A stretch of DNA of 64,000 bases from Castellaniella sp. (GCF_047971665.1 NZ_JBKEAA010000021.1:24213-88212); one strand, 5' to 3'; positions 39,598 to 49,671 are shown, numbered from the stretch's first letter. Numbers and translations: made by a program. Notes: generated from the sequence alone by a model not told the origin.

Positions 39598-42500
39598 TTA
39601 TCTGATGGTCGTCACGGGTTCAGGCTCGGGTTCTCGTGTCACAGCCACCGGAATCTCTTCGACCTTGGGGTCGTCCCAGTCGCCTGTGATCCGATAGCGC
39701 ACCGACATGCTCCTGGCCAACGGCTCCTTCAGCAGCCATTGGGTCACGAAGGCACCCAGGCCGATCAGCGGATTGATGGCGATTCCGGCTGCCAGTGCCG
39801 CCCCGCTGACATCCAGATTGGGCACGACAACAGCCTGCAGGGCCAGGGTGCTGTTGACGATGTTCGTGTCGCCTTCGAGCAGAATGGTACCCACCGGCCC
39901 GATCACTTTGTAGTCGTGAACCTTCACCTGTCCACGATCCATGTCCAGTTTTCCGCGCAACTGATCAAAAGGGAAACCGTCCTTGGACAAGCCGGACAGG
40001 CCGCTGTCGAGCTTTGTCAGCCGGGTAATGGACTGCAGCGACAGGAATTCCAGCAGTTTGGCCGAACGCGAGCCCAGTTTCTGGAACCGTCCCTGATCCA
40101 GTTCGATCTCCAGAGTGCCGCTCAGATTCGCCTTTTCGCGCGTCCAGGGCAGATCGTCCCAGCGGAACCGGCCCTTGAGCGCGCCCTTGCCGCCGGACAT
40201 GACGTCCTGCCATCCGGCCCGCTGCATCCAGGCGCCAAGGTTGACCGCCTGGACCGAGGCAGTCAACGCCAGGCCGCGATCCGCGCCACGCAGCCGCCAG
40301 AGGCCCGAGCCGCGCAGATAGGCATTCTTGTCGCCCAGGCGCAGGTCGTTGAGCATCCAGACATGGCGGACGCCGTCGCGCACGCCTTCGAGCGCCAGAG
40401 CCCCCAGGGAGCGGCCATACAATCGCAGCTCATCGGCCCGCAGGTCGATGCCCGGAATCTCGAGATCGTCATCGAAAGAAGCCTCCTCGTCGGGCTCGGC
40501 GTCAGGCAGCAAGGACTGAAAGTTCGCCGGATCATCCCCCAGGCTCAAGCGGGAGAAACGGGCCTCCATCCTGCCCACCACGCGGCCATCGCGTTCCTGC
40601 CATTTGAGAGTGCCGCTGGTCTGTTTCGACTGCAATTGCGTCGACCAGCGCTCATCGGGCGTGCGGGAGGCTCGCAGCACCGCCTGATCCAGGCGGGTTC
40701 CGAACAACCGCAACTGGTCGGCCCGGGCATTCAGCTGGCGCAGGTCCGGCAGCAGCAGCCGTGCCGCGGGACGCCGCGAGCTGGCGCCGCGTCTGCGGAT
40801 GGAAAACTCATCGACGATCTGGTTCCACAGGTCCAGGTCGAACAGCGGATAGCCCACCTCGACCCGCAGGCCGTCCGCGCGAGCGTCGGCGGCAAGCCCG
40901 ATCCCGATTCCGGCACCCTGAAAATAAGGTCCTTTGCGGGTTTTCCGGTCATGCCGCAGGGCGAGACGCAGCGCATCTCCATACTGCGCCTCCAGCCGAT
41001 CCGCGCTGGAATCGGCATCCGTCCACTGCACATGCAGAGGCCGGGCCTGCCGGGCGGACTTGGCCAGCGGCGCGGGAAAATCCAGTCCCAGCCCCCGGGT
41101 ATCCGAATCCAGCACGAAAACCGTATGGCGGCCCTGCATCCTGACCGTGGCGCGATAGTCCAACGCACCGGTGATCCGCCGCATCCCCGGCACATCCAGA
41201 TAATTCGCCAGCGCCCGGGCGCCGATCCGGCCCCGCAGCGCCAGGCCGGTGTCTTTTTCCCCGCCCAGGCTGCCATCGATGCGCACCTTGCCACCGAGCA
41301 GCTGTGCGCTCAACGGCTGTGCAATCCGCACGCCCTGTTCGCTGAAATACAGTTGCCCGTCGATGTCGTCGAAGACGGGCGCATGCGGCAAAAACCGCAA
41401 ACTGCCCTGGCGCAGATCCACACGCCCCTGGACCCGGGTATCCTCACTGTGCAGCAGCGGGATGGTCAGAGACAGCGGCACGGCCCAATAGCCGCCGGCC
41501 TGCGCCTCATCGAACACCCCCTCGAGCATCTCGGCCAGGGGCGAATGCCGGATCAGCGACATATAGGTTTTCCCCGAAGCGAGGGTCTGGCCGGACACTT
41601 GCAGGGTGGCATTATGCTCCAGGTCGGGAATCCGCGCCTTCAGCCCGGACAGGGCGATCTCGAGCCCCGGCTCGGGGCGCATGCGCGCGGTGGAGGCCGT
41701 CAGCCTCAGGTCCGTGCGATGCAGGTCGGCCGTGCCCGTGACGTTCTCCAGCAAGGGCCAGACATCCGCCGGCCTGGCCCCGGGCACGAACTCGATGCGC
41801 GCCTCACGAAAAGCGCCCTGAATACGAAAATCCCCCGCCTGCGGCCGCTCTCCAAAGGGGAACGCCTCCAGGTCGCCTTGCAACCGCCAGTGCGCATTGA
41901 CGACTTCACCGGCATGCAACCCGCCCGCCAGCCAATCCCGGGCATCCGGATTGACCTCGAGGGGCAAGTAGCGATGAATGGCGCCCAGGCGGGCGCGGGC
42001 AATCGTGCCCTGGAAATCGGCCTTGCCGGCCAGACCGCCGGACTGCCAGGCGCCCGCGCCCTGCAAGTCGATATCGGCATTGCGCCAACTCAGCTCATCC
42101 AGCTTCAGCGCCCAGGCGCCGGTGTGCCGCAGACGGCCACGCGCGGCCAGACGCCCCGGAGACAGGGATTGAGCGAACACCGCCGGCATGGTCACTTGCC
42201 CGCCCTCGATGCGGAACTGCACCTCCAGGCCGTCCGGCATCGGATCGCCCTGCGCCAGCGCCTGCCATTGATCCAGAAAGCCCTCGGCCCAGACACCCGC
42301 CTCGGGCATATCGAGCGACAGACCGGCACGGTCCGACCAGCGAACGTCATCGGTCTCCAGCAGCAGCGTCAGACGAGGCCGGTCATCCCGGGTCTGCACC
42401 CAGGCCTGCGCCCGCCCCCGGCCTTGTTGCAAGGCGCACGGCATATCCACCCAGGTTCGCCAGACCTGCGACCGGACCGGACCGACCTGCAGCCAGGCCT

Positions 42501-43209
42501 GCCAGTCCGAAGGCAGGCGCCCCTGCGCCAGCGTGTCGGGATCGGCCAGCCGCGCACGCAAATCCAGCCGGGCATCCCCCCCATCCAGCACCCGCGCACT
42601 GAACGAGACGCCCAGGGCGCCATGATCCTGCGCCAGGAGCACCTGGACATCGTCCAGGCGCAACTCGGGCGCCACGCGCATCCGATCCACCCAGCGCACC
42701 GTCGTATCGTGAATGGTGATCCTGGGTTGAGCCAGCAGCCAGCGCACCGCAGGCAGATCGGCCGAGCCTTGCGCGCCGGTCAGGCCAAAGGTCTGCCCCA
42801 GCAGGCTGAGCCGGCCATCCGGCAGGCGCTCGAGCGTCAGATCCATCCCCTCGACCCGCAGGTCCAGCAGCCCTCGGCCGCCCGGCAGCAGGGCCCGCCA
42901 ATCCAGCCGCGCACGCGCATCCGGTATGGTCAACAGCGTGCGCCCGTCATCGGCCCGCAAACGGACATCCCGCACCTCGAACTCCGGGTTCCAGCCATGC
43001 CAGCGAATCTCGATGGGCCCCAGCTCGACCAGCGTGCCCAAGGCGGTGGACAGTTGCGCGGCAATGCGTGGGCGCCAGCCATCGATCTGCGGCAACACGG
43101 CATAGCGCAAGACCAGCAAGGCGATTCCGATGCAGAAATACAGGACGACTGCGACCGCGAGAAGTCGGCGACCCCAGGTAGAACCATGGCGTGAAATGGT
43201 TTGGCGCAT
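39598..43209 (-). CDS. yhdP: YhdP (AsmA-like) phospholipid transport protein
   Basis: 1203 aa, N-terminal TM, beta-rich, C-terminal NP..GLG..YxITGxWDDP; divergent from glnE. Confidence 0.9.
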   Translation of the reverse strand: MRQTISRHGSTWGRRLLAVAVVLYFCIGIALLVLRYAVLPQIDGWRPRIAAQLSTALGTLVELGPIEIRWHGWNPEFEVRDVRLRADDGRTLLTIPDARARLDWRALLPGGRGLLDLRVEGMDLTLERLPDGRLSLLGQTFGLTGAQGSADLPAVRWLLAQPRITIHDTTVRWVDRMRVAPELRLDDVQVLLAQDHGALGVSFSARVLDGGDARLDLRARLADPDTLAQGRLPSDWQAWLQVGPVRSQVWRTWVDMPCALQQGRGRAQAWVQTRDDRPRLTLLLETDDVRWSDRAGLSLDMPEAGVWAEGFLDQWQALAQGDPMPDGLEVQFRIEGGQVTMPAVFAQSLSPGRLAARGRLRHTGAWALKLDELSWRNADIDLQGAGAWQSGGLAGKADFQGTIARARLGAIHRYLPLEVNPDARDWLAGGLHAGEVVNAHWRLQGDLEAFPFGERPQAGDFRIQGAFREARIEFVPGARPADVWPLLENVTGTADLHRTDLRLTASTARMRPEPGLEIALSGLKARIPDLEHNATLQVSGQTLASGKTYMSLIRHSPLAEMLEGVFDEAQAGGYWAVPLSLTIPLLHSEDTRVQGRVDLRQGSLRFLPHAPVFDDIDGQLYFSEQGVRIAQPLSAQLLGGKVRIDGSLGGEKDTGLALRGRIGARALANYLDVPGMRRITGALDYRATVRMQGRHTVFVLDSDTRGLGLDFPAPLAKSARQARPLHVQWTDADSSADRLEAQYGDALRLALRHDRKTRKGPYFQGAGIGIGLAADARADGLRVEVGYPLFDLDLWNQIVDEFSIRRRGASSRRPAARLLLPDLRQLNARADQLRLFGTRLDQAVLRASRTPDERWSTQLQSKQTSGTLKWQERDGRVVGRMEARFSRLSLGDDPANFQSLLPDAEPDEEASFDDDLEIPGIDLRADELRLYGRSLGALALEGVRDGVRHVWMLNDLRLGDKNAYLRGSGLWRLRGADRGLALTASVQAVNLGAWMQRAGWQDVMSGGKGALKGRFRWDDLPWTREKANLSGTLEIELDQGRFQKLGSRSAKLLEFLSLQSITRLTKLDSGLSGLSKDGFPFDQLRGKLDMDRGQVKVHDYKVIGPVGTILLEGDTNIVNSTLALQAVVVPNLDVSGAALAAGIAINPLIGLGAFVTQWLLKEPLARSMSVRYRITGDWDDPKVEEIPVAVTREPEPEPVTTIR

Positions 43210-43279
43210 GCCACCTTTTGCAGTATGTTAGGGGTCCTCTGAACAAGCCATCAGAATCCGCTCTTCACAGGCAGCCCCC

Positions 43280-46033
43280 ATGTCCGAGACCATTATATTC
43301 AAGCCCGCCCAGCAATGGTCCGGCGCCCTGCGGCGCTACCTCACAGCCCATCCCGATCTGGAGGAGCGCCTGGCGGCCGATGCCGACCGGCCCGTCACCC
43401 GCAAGACGCTGACCGACTGGTATGCCGACCTGCTCGGCCCCGACACGCTCCGCCCCGTTCCCCAGCCCGACCTGCGGCGCGCCCTGCGCCGGCTGCGGGC
43501 CCGGGTCTTCGCCACGCTGATGGTGCGCGACAGCGCCGGGCTGGCCCCCCTGCACGAAGTCGTGTCGGCCATGTCGCATCTGGCCGATCTGGCCGTGAGC
43601 GAGGCCTATGCCTGCGCCATGCATACCCTGATGGCGATCCACGGGATGCCCCGCCACCCGGACACCGGCGCGCCCCAGGACATGCTGATCCTGGGCATGG
43701 GCAAGCTGGGCGGCAAAGAACTGAACGTCTCGTCGGACATCGACCTGATCATGCTGTACGACGAGGAAGGCGAAACCGACGGACGCAAGCGCATCAGCCA
43801 TCACGAGTTCTATGGCAAGGTCTGCCGGCTGATGATGCCGATCCTGTCCGAGCCCGATGCCGACGGCATCGTCTTTCGCACCGACCTGCGCCTGCGCCCG
43901 GATGGCGACAGCGGACCACTGGCCTGGAGCCTCGCCGCCCTGGAGAACTATCTGGTCGTCCAGGGCCGCGAATGGGAACGCTACGCCTGGCTCAAGGCCC
44001 GACTGATCCCCTGCCCGCTGTTCGATGAGGCGGCCTTCGCCGCCCAGGCGCGCAACATGGAATCCCTGCGCCAGCCCTTTGTCTACCGCAAATATTTCGA
44101 TTTCGACGCGCTGGCGGCGTTGCGCGGCCTGCGCGAACGCATCCGTACGGACTGGCAGCGCCGCGCCCAGGCCCGCAAAGGGCTGGACACCCGCCACAAC
44201 ATCAAACTGGGCGAAGGCGGCATCCGCGAAATCGAGTTCGTCATTCAGCTCAATCAACTGATCCGGGCGGGCCGCCAGCCCTCCCTGCAACAGCGCAATC
44301 TGCTGGCGGCTCTGCACAAGCAGCGCCGCGCCGGCATCCTGAACGACGACCAGGCAGCCGGCCTGGAGGCGGCCTACATCCACCTGCGGCGGGTCGAGCA
44401 CATGCTGCAATACCGCGAGGACGAACAGACCCATCTGCTGCCTCGCACCGACGAAGGCATGGCGGCGCTGGCCCGCGCCATGGGTCACGCCGACACGGCC
44501 GGATTCCTGACGGAACTGGAACAGCACCGCGCATGCGTCTCGCAATGCTTTCGCGATGCCTTTCGCATCGCCGGCATGGGCGGCGACACCCAGGAGCCGG
44601 CCCCTTCCCAGGAAGGCTCCCCCGCCGAACCGTTGCCGGACACCCTGGCCGACACCATGCAGCCACGCATCGACGCGCTGCTCGACAGCCACCGGGTCCG
44701 CAGCCTGCCGCGCTCCAGCCTGAAACGCCTGCACGCCCTGCTGCCGGGCCTGACCCGGGCGGCGGCCCGCACGGACAATCCGCCCGTTGCGCTGCAACGC
44801 CTGCTCAGCTTGGTCGAAAACATCGCCCAGCGCAGCGCCTACCTGGCCCTGCTGGCCGAATACCCGGAGACCCTCGCCCGGGTGGCGCGTATCGTCCAGG
44901 CCAGTCCCTGGGCCTCGGAATATCTGACCCGCTATCCTCTGCTGCTCGACAGCCTGATCGAATGGCGCAGCCTGATGCAGGCGCCCGATTTTCAGACCCT
45001 GGCCGAGCAATTGCGCAGCGACCTGGACGCCTGCCTGCTGCCCGACGGTCAGCCGGATGTGGAACAGCAGATGAACCTGATGCGCGACGTCCAGCATCAG
45101 ATCACCTTCCAGCTCCTGGCCCAGGATCTGGAAAACGTCATCAGCGTCGAAGGACTGGCCGACCTCCTGTCGGCCCTGGCCGACCTGATGCTGGCCGAGG
45201 CCATCCGCCGGGTCTGGCCCCAGGTGCTGCCTCGTGAACGCCGGGCCGATCCCGGCGAACCGCGCTTTGCCATCATTGCCTATGGCAAGCTGGGCGGCAA
45301 GGAGATCGGCTACGCCTCGGACCTGGATCTGGTCTTCCTCTATGACGATCCGGACCAGGAGGCCAGCGAACGCTACGCCAAACTGGGCCGCCGGGTCGCC
45401 TCCTGGCTGTCCACCCTGACTTCGTCGGGCCGGCTGTACGAGATCGACCTGCGCCTGCGCCCGGACGGCGACGCCGGGCTGCTGGCCCTGCCGATCGACG
45501 CCTTCGAGCACTACCAGCTGGCGCAGGCCTGGCCCTGGGAGCACCAGGCTCTGACCCGGGCGCGCTTCGTGGCCGGCGACCCGGCCATCGGCGCCCGATT
45601 CGAGGACATCCGCCAGCGCATCCTGCTGCTGCCGCGCGACCCCGAGGCCCTGCGCCAGGAGGTCCGCTCCATGCGGGACAAGATTTCCCAGGGACACCCC
45701 AACCGCAGCGGCGACTTTGATCTGAAACACGACCGGGGCGGCATGGTGGATATCGAGTTCATCACGCAGTTCCTAGTGCTCAGCCAGTCCGGCGCGCATC
45801 CCGAGCTGCTGGGCAACCTGGGCAACATCGCCCTGCTGGGGCTGGCGGCCCGCGCCGGCCTGATCCCCGGCCCATTGGCCGCCGAGGCCGCGGATGCCTA
45901 CCGCGTCTTTCGCCGTCGCCAGCACAAATTGCGCCTCCAGGGCGCCGACAAGGCGCGCATCCCGCAGACGGAGTTCAAACGCGAGCGCGAAGCCGTGGGC
46001 GAACTCTGGGAATACGTACTGGGCACCGCCTGA
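43280..46033 (+). CDS. glnE: Glutamine synthetase adenylyltransferase/removing enzyme
   Basis: Two NT domains GKLGGxE..SDx[10 protein letters not shown] twice, K..GGxxxIEF twice. Confidence 0.97.
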   Translation: MSETIIFKPAQQWSGALRRYLTAHPDLEERLAADADRPVTRKTLTDWYADLLGPDTLRPVPQPDLRRALRRLRARVFATLMVRDSAGLAPLHEVVSAMSHLADLAVSEAYACAMHTLMAIHGMPRHPDTGAPQDMLILGMGKLGGKELNVSSDIDLIMLYDEEGETDGRKRISHHEFYGKVCRLMMPILSEPDADGIVFRTDLRLRPDGDSGPLAWSLAALENYLVVQGREWERYAWLKARLIPCPLFDEAAFAAQARNMESLRQPFVYRKYFDFDALAALRGLRERIRTDWQRRAQARKGLDTRHNIKLGEGGIREIEFVIQLNQLIRAGRQPSLQQRNLLAALHKQRRAGILNDDQAAGLEAAYIHLRRVEHMLQYREDEQTHLLPRTDEGMAALARAMGHADTAGFLTELEQHRACVSQCFRDAFRIAGMGGDTQEPAPSQEGSPAEPLPDTLADTMQPRIDALLDSHRVRSLPRSSLKRLHALLPGLTRAAARTDNPPVALQRLLSLVENIAQRSAYLALLAEYPETLARVARIVQASPWASEYLTRYPLLLDSLIEWRSLMQAPDFQTLAEQLRSDLDACLLPDGQPDVEQQMNLMRDVQHQITFQLLAQDLENVISVEGLADLLSALADLMLAEAIRRVWPQVLPRERRADPGEPRFAIIAYGKLGGKEIGYASDLDLVFLYDDPDQEASERYAKLGRRVASWLSTLTSSGRLYEIDLRLRPDGDAGLLALPIDAFEHYQLAQAWPWEHQALTRARFVAGDPAIGARFEDIRQRILLLPRDPEALRQEVRSMRDKISQGHPNRSGDFDLKHDRGGMVDIEFITQFLVLSQSGAHPELLGNLGNIALLGLAARAGLIPGPLAAEAADAYRVFRRRQHKLRLQGADKARIPQTEFKREREAVGELWEYVLGTA

Positions 46034-46165
46034 GCCGCGCCATGGGTTGAGCGTCCCCCACGCCCGCCCTGCCTCCAATCCCCGGCGGATTCTGCCTGAC
46101 GCAGTCGATTCGTTCTCCCCCTGCCATCGCGGCGCCGCGCATGCGCGCCATCCATGAAAACAAGG

Positions 46166-46211
46166 TTTACAAATCGCCAATCTATCGCTATATTGTAATA
46201 TATATAACGAA
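46166..46211 (+). promoter_or_regulatory. Sigma70 promoter overlapped by a ModE-like operator
   Basis: TTTACA(46166-71)-N17-TATATT(46189-94); palindrome atCGCTATAT-N8-ATATAACGa (core 46186-46209). Confidence 0.8.
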
Positions 46212-46248
46212 AAAAACGGATCGACACTCATGTTCACTTCGGTACACC

Positions 46249-47007
46249 ATGGAATTCAATCAAAGCGAACAGGTCTACCTGATCGGTATCGACGATACCG
46301 ATAATCTCTACACGCCCGGGACCGGTCGCCATGCTCGTCAATTGGGCGCCCGGCTGATGCGCGAAGGCGCCGTGCGCCTGCTCGATATCACCCGCCACCA
46401 ACTTCTGTTTGACCCCCGGGTCCGCTATACCTCCCACAACAGCTCCCTCTGCATGCGCGTGGTGATCGCAACGTGTCAGCCCGAGGCCGCCGCGTCGATT
46501 TGCCGCGACTACCTGTTGACACACAGCGCGCCAGATTCGGATGCCGGCCTGTGCATCGCTGCGTGGCATGCGGTGCCACCGGCCATTCAGAGGTATGGCC
46601 GGCGCGCCAAGCAGGAACTCCTGGACATCGATCAGGCCCGCGCCACCGCACAGCAGCACACCATCCAGCTCGAAGGCCTGACGGGCGATCACGGCGGCAT
46701 CATCGGCGCGCTGGCGGCCGTCGGCCTGCGGCGTACAGGTATGGACGGCCGCATCGCCTGGCTGCCCAATCTGCGCGAAACCACCGGCGTGGTGACGGCA
46801 GGCCATCTGCGCCAATCCGCCGGCATCGACCTCATCCGCGAATACCAAGGCAATGCGACGGTTGCCGAGGACGACCTCATCGATGCGGGGCGGTGGCCCA
46901 GGCCCATCCTGCAAGAGGATCAAGCTGTATTACTGATCGAAAAAGGAGGCCCCGACCATGGCGTTCAGTGGAAGCCCGTATCCAAGCAAGTACTCAGACA
47001 GTTCTGA
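46249..47007 (+). CDS. Stand-alone TiaS N-terminal (kinase)-like 'IGIDDTD' protein, function unknown
   Basis: LIGIDDTD..GTG, RHQL, YTSHNSS, SDAGLC, GIIGALAAVG resemble TiaS catalytic-domain motifs; 252 aa, too short to include the OB and Zn-ribbon tRNA-binding domains. Confidence 0.75.
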   Translation: MEFNQSEQVYLIGIDDTDNLYTPGTGRHARQLGARLMREGAVRLLDITRHQLLFDPRVRYTSHNSSLCMRVVIATCQPEAAASICRDYLLTHSAPDSDAGLCIAAWHAVPPAIQRYGRRAKQELLDIDQARATAQQHTIQLEGLTGDHGGIIGALAAVGLRRTGMDGRIAWLPNLRETTGVVTAGHLRQSAGIDLIREYQGNATVAEDDLIDAGRWPRPILQEDQAVLLIEKGGPDHGVQWKPVSKQVLRQF

Positions 47008-47509
47008 TCGCGCGCCGGCGCGCTGGCCGGCGTTTATCTTCTGCGCGGGCATCGGCATGGCGCTCGTGCTGGCGGAACAATGGCTGCGCCTGCCCTTGCA
47101 CTTGCCGGGCTGGCGAGGAGGAATCACTATCGCCTTGCTGGTGGCCGCGCACCGTCTGGGACCTCCGGCATTCGCCTGCGCGGGCGCGGCCGCCGTTGCC
47201 CTGGCCTTCAGCGTCAGCCTCGGCAGCGCCTTGTTGCCAGGCGTATTCCATTATCTGCTGCCCGCGCTCGTGCTCGACCTGTGCCTGCGGCGTCCACGTC
47301 CCGGCATCCTGGGCGCTGCCCTGGTGGGCGGCCTGGCCAATATCGCGCGGCTGCTACCCGTCCTCGCCGGCAGCCGGGTTCCAGGGGTCAGCGACGGCAT
47401 GCTCTGGTTCCCCTTCTCCACACACTTTCTGTCCGGCGCCTGCGGCGGCCTGATCGCAAGCCTGGCGCTGCATTTCCTGCACACACAAAAGCACGGGCCG
47501 CATTCATGA
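46958..47509 (+). CDS. Small polytopic membrane protein, ECF S-component-like
   Basis: AAAGGAGG RBS; 183 aa with about 5-6 hydrophobic segments; LHLPGWRG loop; overlaps both neighbours. Confidence 0.65.
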   Translation: MAFSGSPYPSKYSDSSDRAPARWPAFIFCAGIGMALVLAEQWLRLPLHLPGWRGGITIALLVAAHRLGPPAFACAGAAAVALAFSVSLGSALLPGVFHYLLPALVLDLCLRRPRPGILGAALVGGLANIARLLPVLAGSRVPGVSDGMLWFPFSTHFLSGACGGLIASLALHFLHTQKHGPHS

Positions 47510-49569
47510 AGCCCTCCTCCGTCAGCCTGCTGGCGGGCGCCTCCGCGCTCGCTGCCTCCTCGCTCGCCCTCGCCGCAGTCACAGATGCGCCGAACAACCC
47601 GCCCTATACCCTCGGTTCAGTCGTGGTGCATGCCAATGCGGCACAAACCGCCGGCGAGAATGTCGAATCCGTCGATGCCGGACTGATCGATGAACTCGGT
47701 GCGCGGACGCTCAACGAGGCGCTGCGCACCACGCCAGGACTCACTATCAATCCTGGCGCGCAAGGCATTCCACGGATCATGATGCGCGGCCTGCCGCCAC
47801 GCCAGACCCAGTTGTACCTGAATGGCGTGCCGCTGAACGCGGCCTCCGACGGACAGTTCGACCCCTCGCTGATCGCCACCGAACCCATCGCCAGGATCGA
47901 CGTCCTGGAGGGCGCCAGCTCCGTACTCTACGGCCCAGGCACCAACGCCGGGGTCATCAACGTGATCACGCAACGCGGCGCGCAGGGCCTGCATGGCGGG
48001 GCCGGCGTGGAAATCGGCTCGGGCCACTCGCGCCGTGTCACCGGCGACTTGTCCGGCGGCAACGACAGTGCCGATTTCCTGATCAGTGCCAGCCATACGC
48101 GCAGCGATGGCTATCCCGTGCCTGACGAGGGCCTGCGCGCCAACAGCGATGCGCGGCGGTCGAATTTCTTTGCCAACGTCGGCCTGCGTCTGGGCGACTG
48201 GCGAATCGGCCTGACCGGAACGGCCGTCGAAGGCCATGAGGGCCTGCCACCGAACACCATTGCCTCCACCGCCTCGAATGTCTACACCAATGGCCAGCAG
48301 TTTCAACGGCTGAACGATATTTCAGGCCAATCACTCCAGATCGACGCGGCCTATACCCCGGCCAACCCGCTGAGCTTGCGCTTGAGCGGCTACCTCAATC
48401 ATCTGTACACGGTGCGGGACCGGTATGACGACGAAAACTATTCAAGCATGGCGGACCCGAAAGTCCAGACCTATCACCAGGTCGATGACATGACGGTTAG
48501 TGGCGGCCGTGCGCAAATGGAGTATGACTTCGGCGCCGCCGGCCGCCTGACCGGGGCATTCAGCTTCCGCCAGGAACAGGACGAACTGACCGGCTTCATC
48601 CGGAACATCTCCATTGCGGGCGCCGCCGGCAGTAGTGGTGGTGGCGGAGGCGGCGGCGGTGGCGGCGGTGGCGGCGGTGGCGGCGGTGGCGGCGGTGGCG
48701 GCGGCGGCGGCGGCGGCGGTGGCGGCCAGGGATATGCGTTCGGCGATCTCGACCAGCGCCACACGGCGCGTACCTACTCGACCGCGCTCGAATATCAGGT
48801 CAACCCGACCCGACGGCTGCGCCTGACGGCCGGTCTGAGCCATGAAATTTTCGATACCGCTTCGGTGCGGCACAACGGCACGCAATGGATGTTGGGCGCG
48901 ACCTACGATCTCACCCCCCAGGTCCAGCCCTACCTCTCCTATTCACGCAAAATCCGCTTCCCGACGCTCGATCAATTGTTCGACCCGGTACAGGGCAACC
49001 CGCACCTTGCGCCCGAACGCTCCACCAATCTGGAGGGCGGGATTGTCTGGGCCCCCTCGACGACCAGCCGCATCAGGGTCGGCGGATTCAACAACCGCAT
49101 CGACCATTTCATCCAGAACGACCGGTCATCGCAACAATATTTCAATAGCGACGTCATCAGCCGTGGTTTCCAGATCAGCGGCGCCTTCAAACCTGTCCGG
49201 ACCGTGACGGTCCGCGCCGGCTATACCTTGATGGACATCTATTCCCGACAGACCGATACCCGCCAGAATTACCGGCCAAAACAGGTGCTGAGCCTGAGCG
49301 CAGCCTGGCGCTTCCTGCCGACATGGCGTCTGTCGGGCGACCTGTACGGCCAATTCGGCGGCATCGTGACGAGCCGCGTGAACGCAGCCGACCAGGTCGA
49401 TTTCGGCAATTACGTGCTGGCCAACATGCAGATTCAAAAATCCTTCCCGGCCTATGGCGCCCGCGTCTACCTGCGGGTGAACAACCTGTTCGACCACGCA
49501 TACGAATACGCCGTCGGTTACCCGGCGCGAGGCCGTGAAATATTCGTGGGCGCCAGTTTCCGGTTCTGA
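47506..49569 (+). CDS. TonB-dependent outer-membrane receptor
   Basis: Signal peptide, TonB-box-like SVVVHA, plug (EAL..PG, MRG, RIDVLEGASSVLYG..GVINVIT), GNPHLAPE, NLFD, C-terminal Phe. Confidence 0.95.
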   Translation: MKPSSVSLLAGASALAASSLALAAVTDAPNNPPYTLGSVVVHANAAQTAGENVESVDAGLIDELGARTLNEALRTTPGLTINPGAQGIPRIMMRGLPPRQTQLYLNGVPLNAASDGQFDPSLIATEPIARIDVLEGASSVLYGPGTNAGVINVITQRGAQGLHGGAGVEIGSGHSRRVTGDLSGGNDSADFLISASHTRSDGYPVPDEGLRANSDARRSNFFANVGLRLGDWRIGLTGTAVEGHEGLPPNTIASTASNVYTNGQQFQRLNDISGQSLQIDAAYTPANPLSLRLSGYLNHLYTVRDRYDDENYSSMADPKVQTYHQVDDMTVSGGRAQMEYDFGAAGRLTGAFSFRQEQDELTGFIRNISIAGAAGSSGGGGGGGGGGGGGGGGGGGGGGGGGGGGGGQGYAFGDLDQRHTARTYSTALEYQVNPTRRLRLTAGLSHEIFDTASVRHNGTQWMLGATYDLTPQVQPYLSYSRKIRFPTLDQLFDPVQGNPHLAPERSTNLEGGIVWAPSTTSRIRVGGFNNRIDHFIQNDRSSQQYFNSDVISRGFQISGAFKPVRTVTVRAGYTLMDIYSRQTDTRQNYRPKQVLSLSAAWRFLPTWRLSGDLYGQFGGIVTSRVNAADQVDFGNYVLANMQIQKSFPAYGARVYLRVNNLFDHAYEYAVGYPARGREIFVGASFRF
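48637..48726 (+). repeat. In-frame (GGN)30 tract incl. (GGCGGCGGT)5, encoding 30 Gly
   Basis: Read directly from the sequence, inside the TBDR barrel region. Confidence 0.95.
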
Positions 49570-49671
49570 GTCTCTTCATCCGCACCGGACCGCACCGCCC
49601 CCGGTTCGTTTTACTATGTCACGGACCACGCAAACCGACCTGCTCTCGGAACGGACGCGTCCCCGGCCCAT

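Noticed and set aside
46034..46248. Cobalamin or TPP riboswitch, or Fur box, upstream of the TBDR operon
   Set aside because: No B12-box, TPP core or GATAATGATAATCATTATC-like sequence seen; the leader after the predicted promoter is only about 50 nt; the palindrome fits ModE better
46249..47007. True tRNA(Ile2) agmatinylcytidine synthetase TiaS
   Set aside because: Too short, with no OB-fold or Zn-ribbon region; bacteria use TilS
48474..48764. Poly-proline ORF on the minus strand
   Set aside because: Simply the reverse complement of the poly-Gly tract in the TBDR
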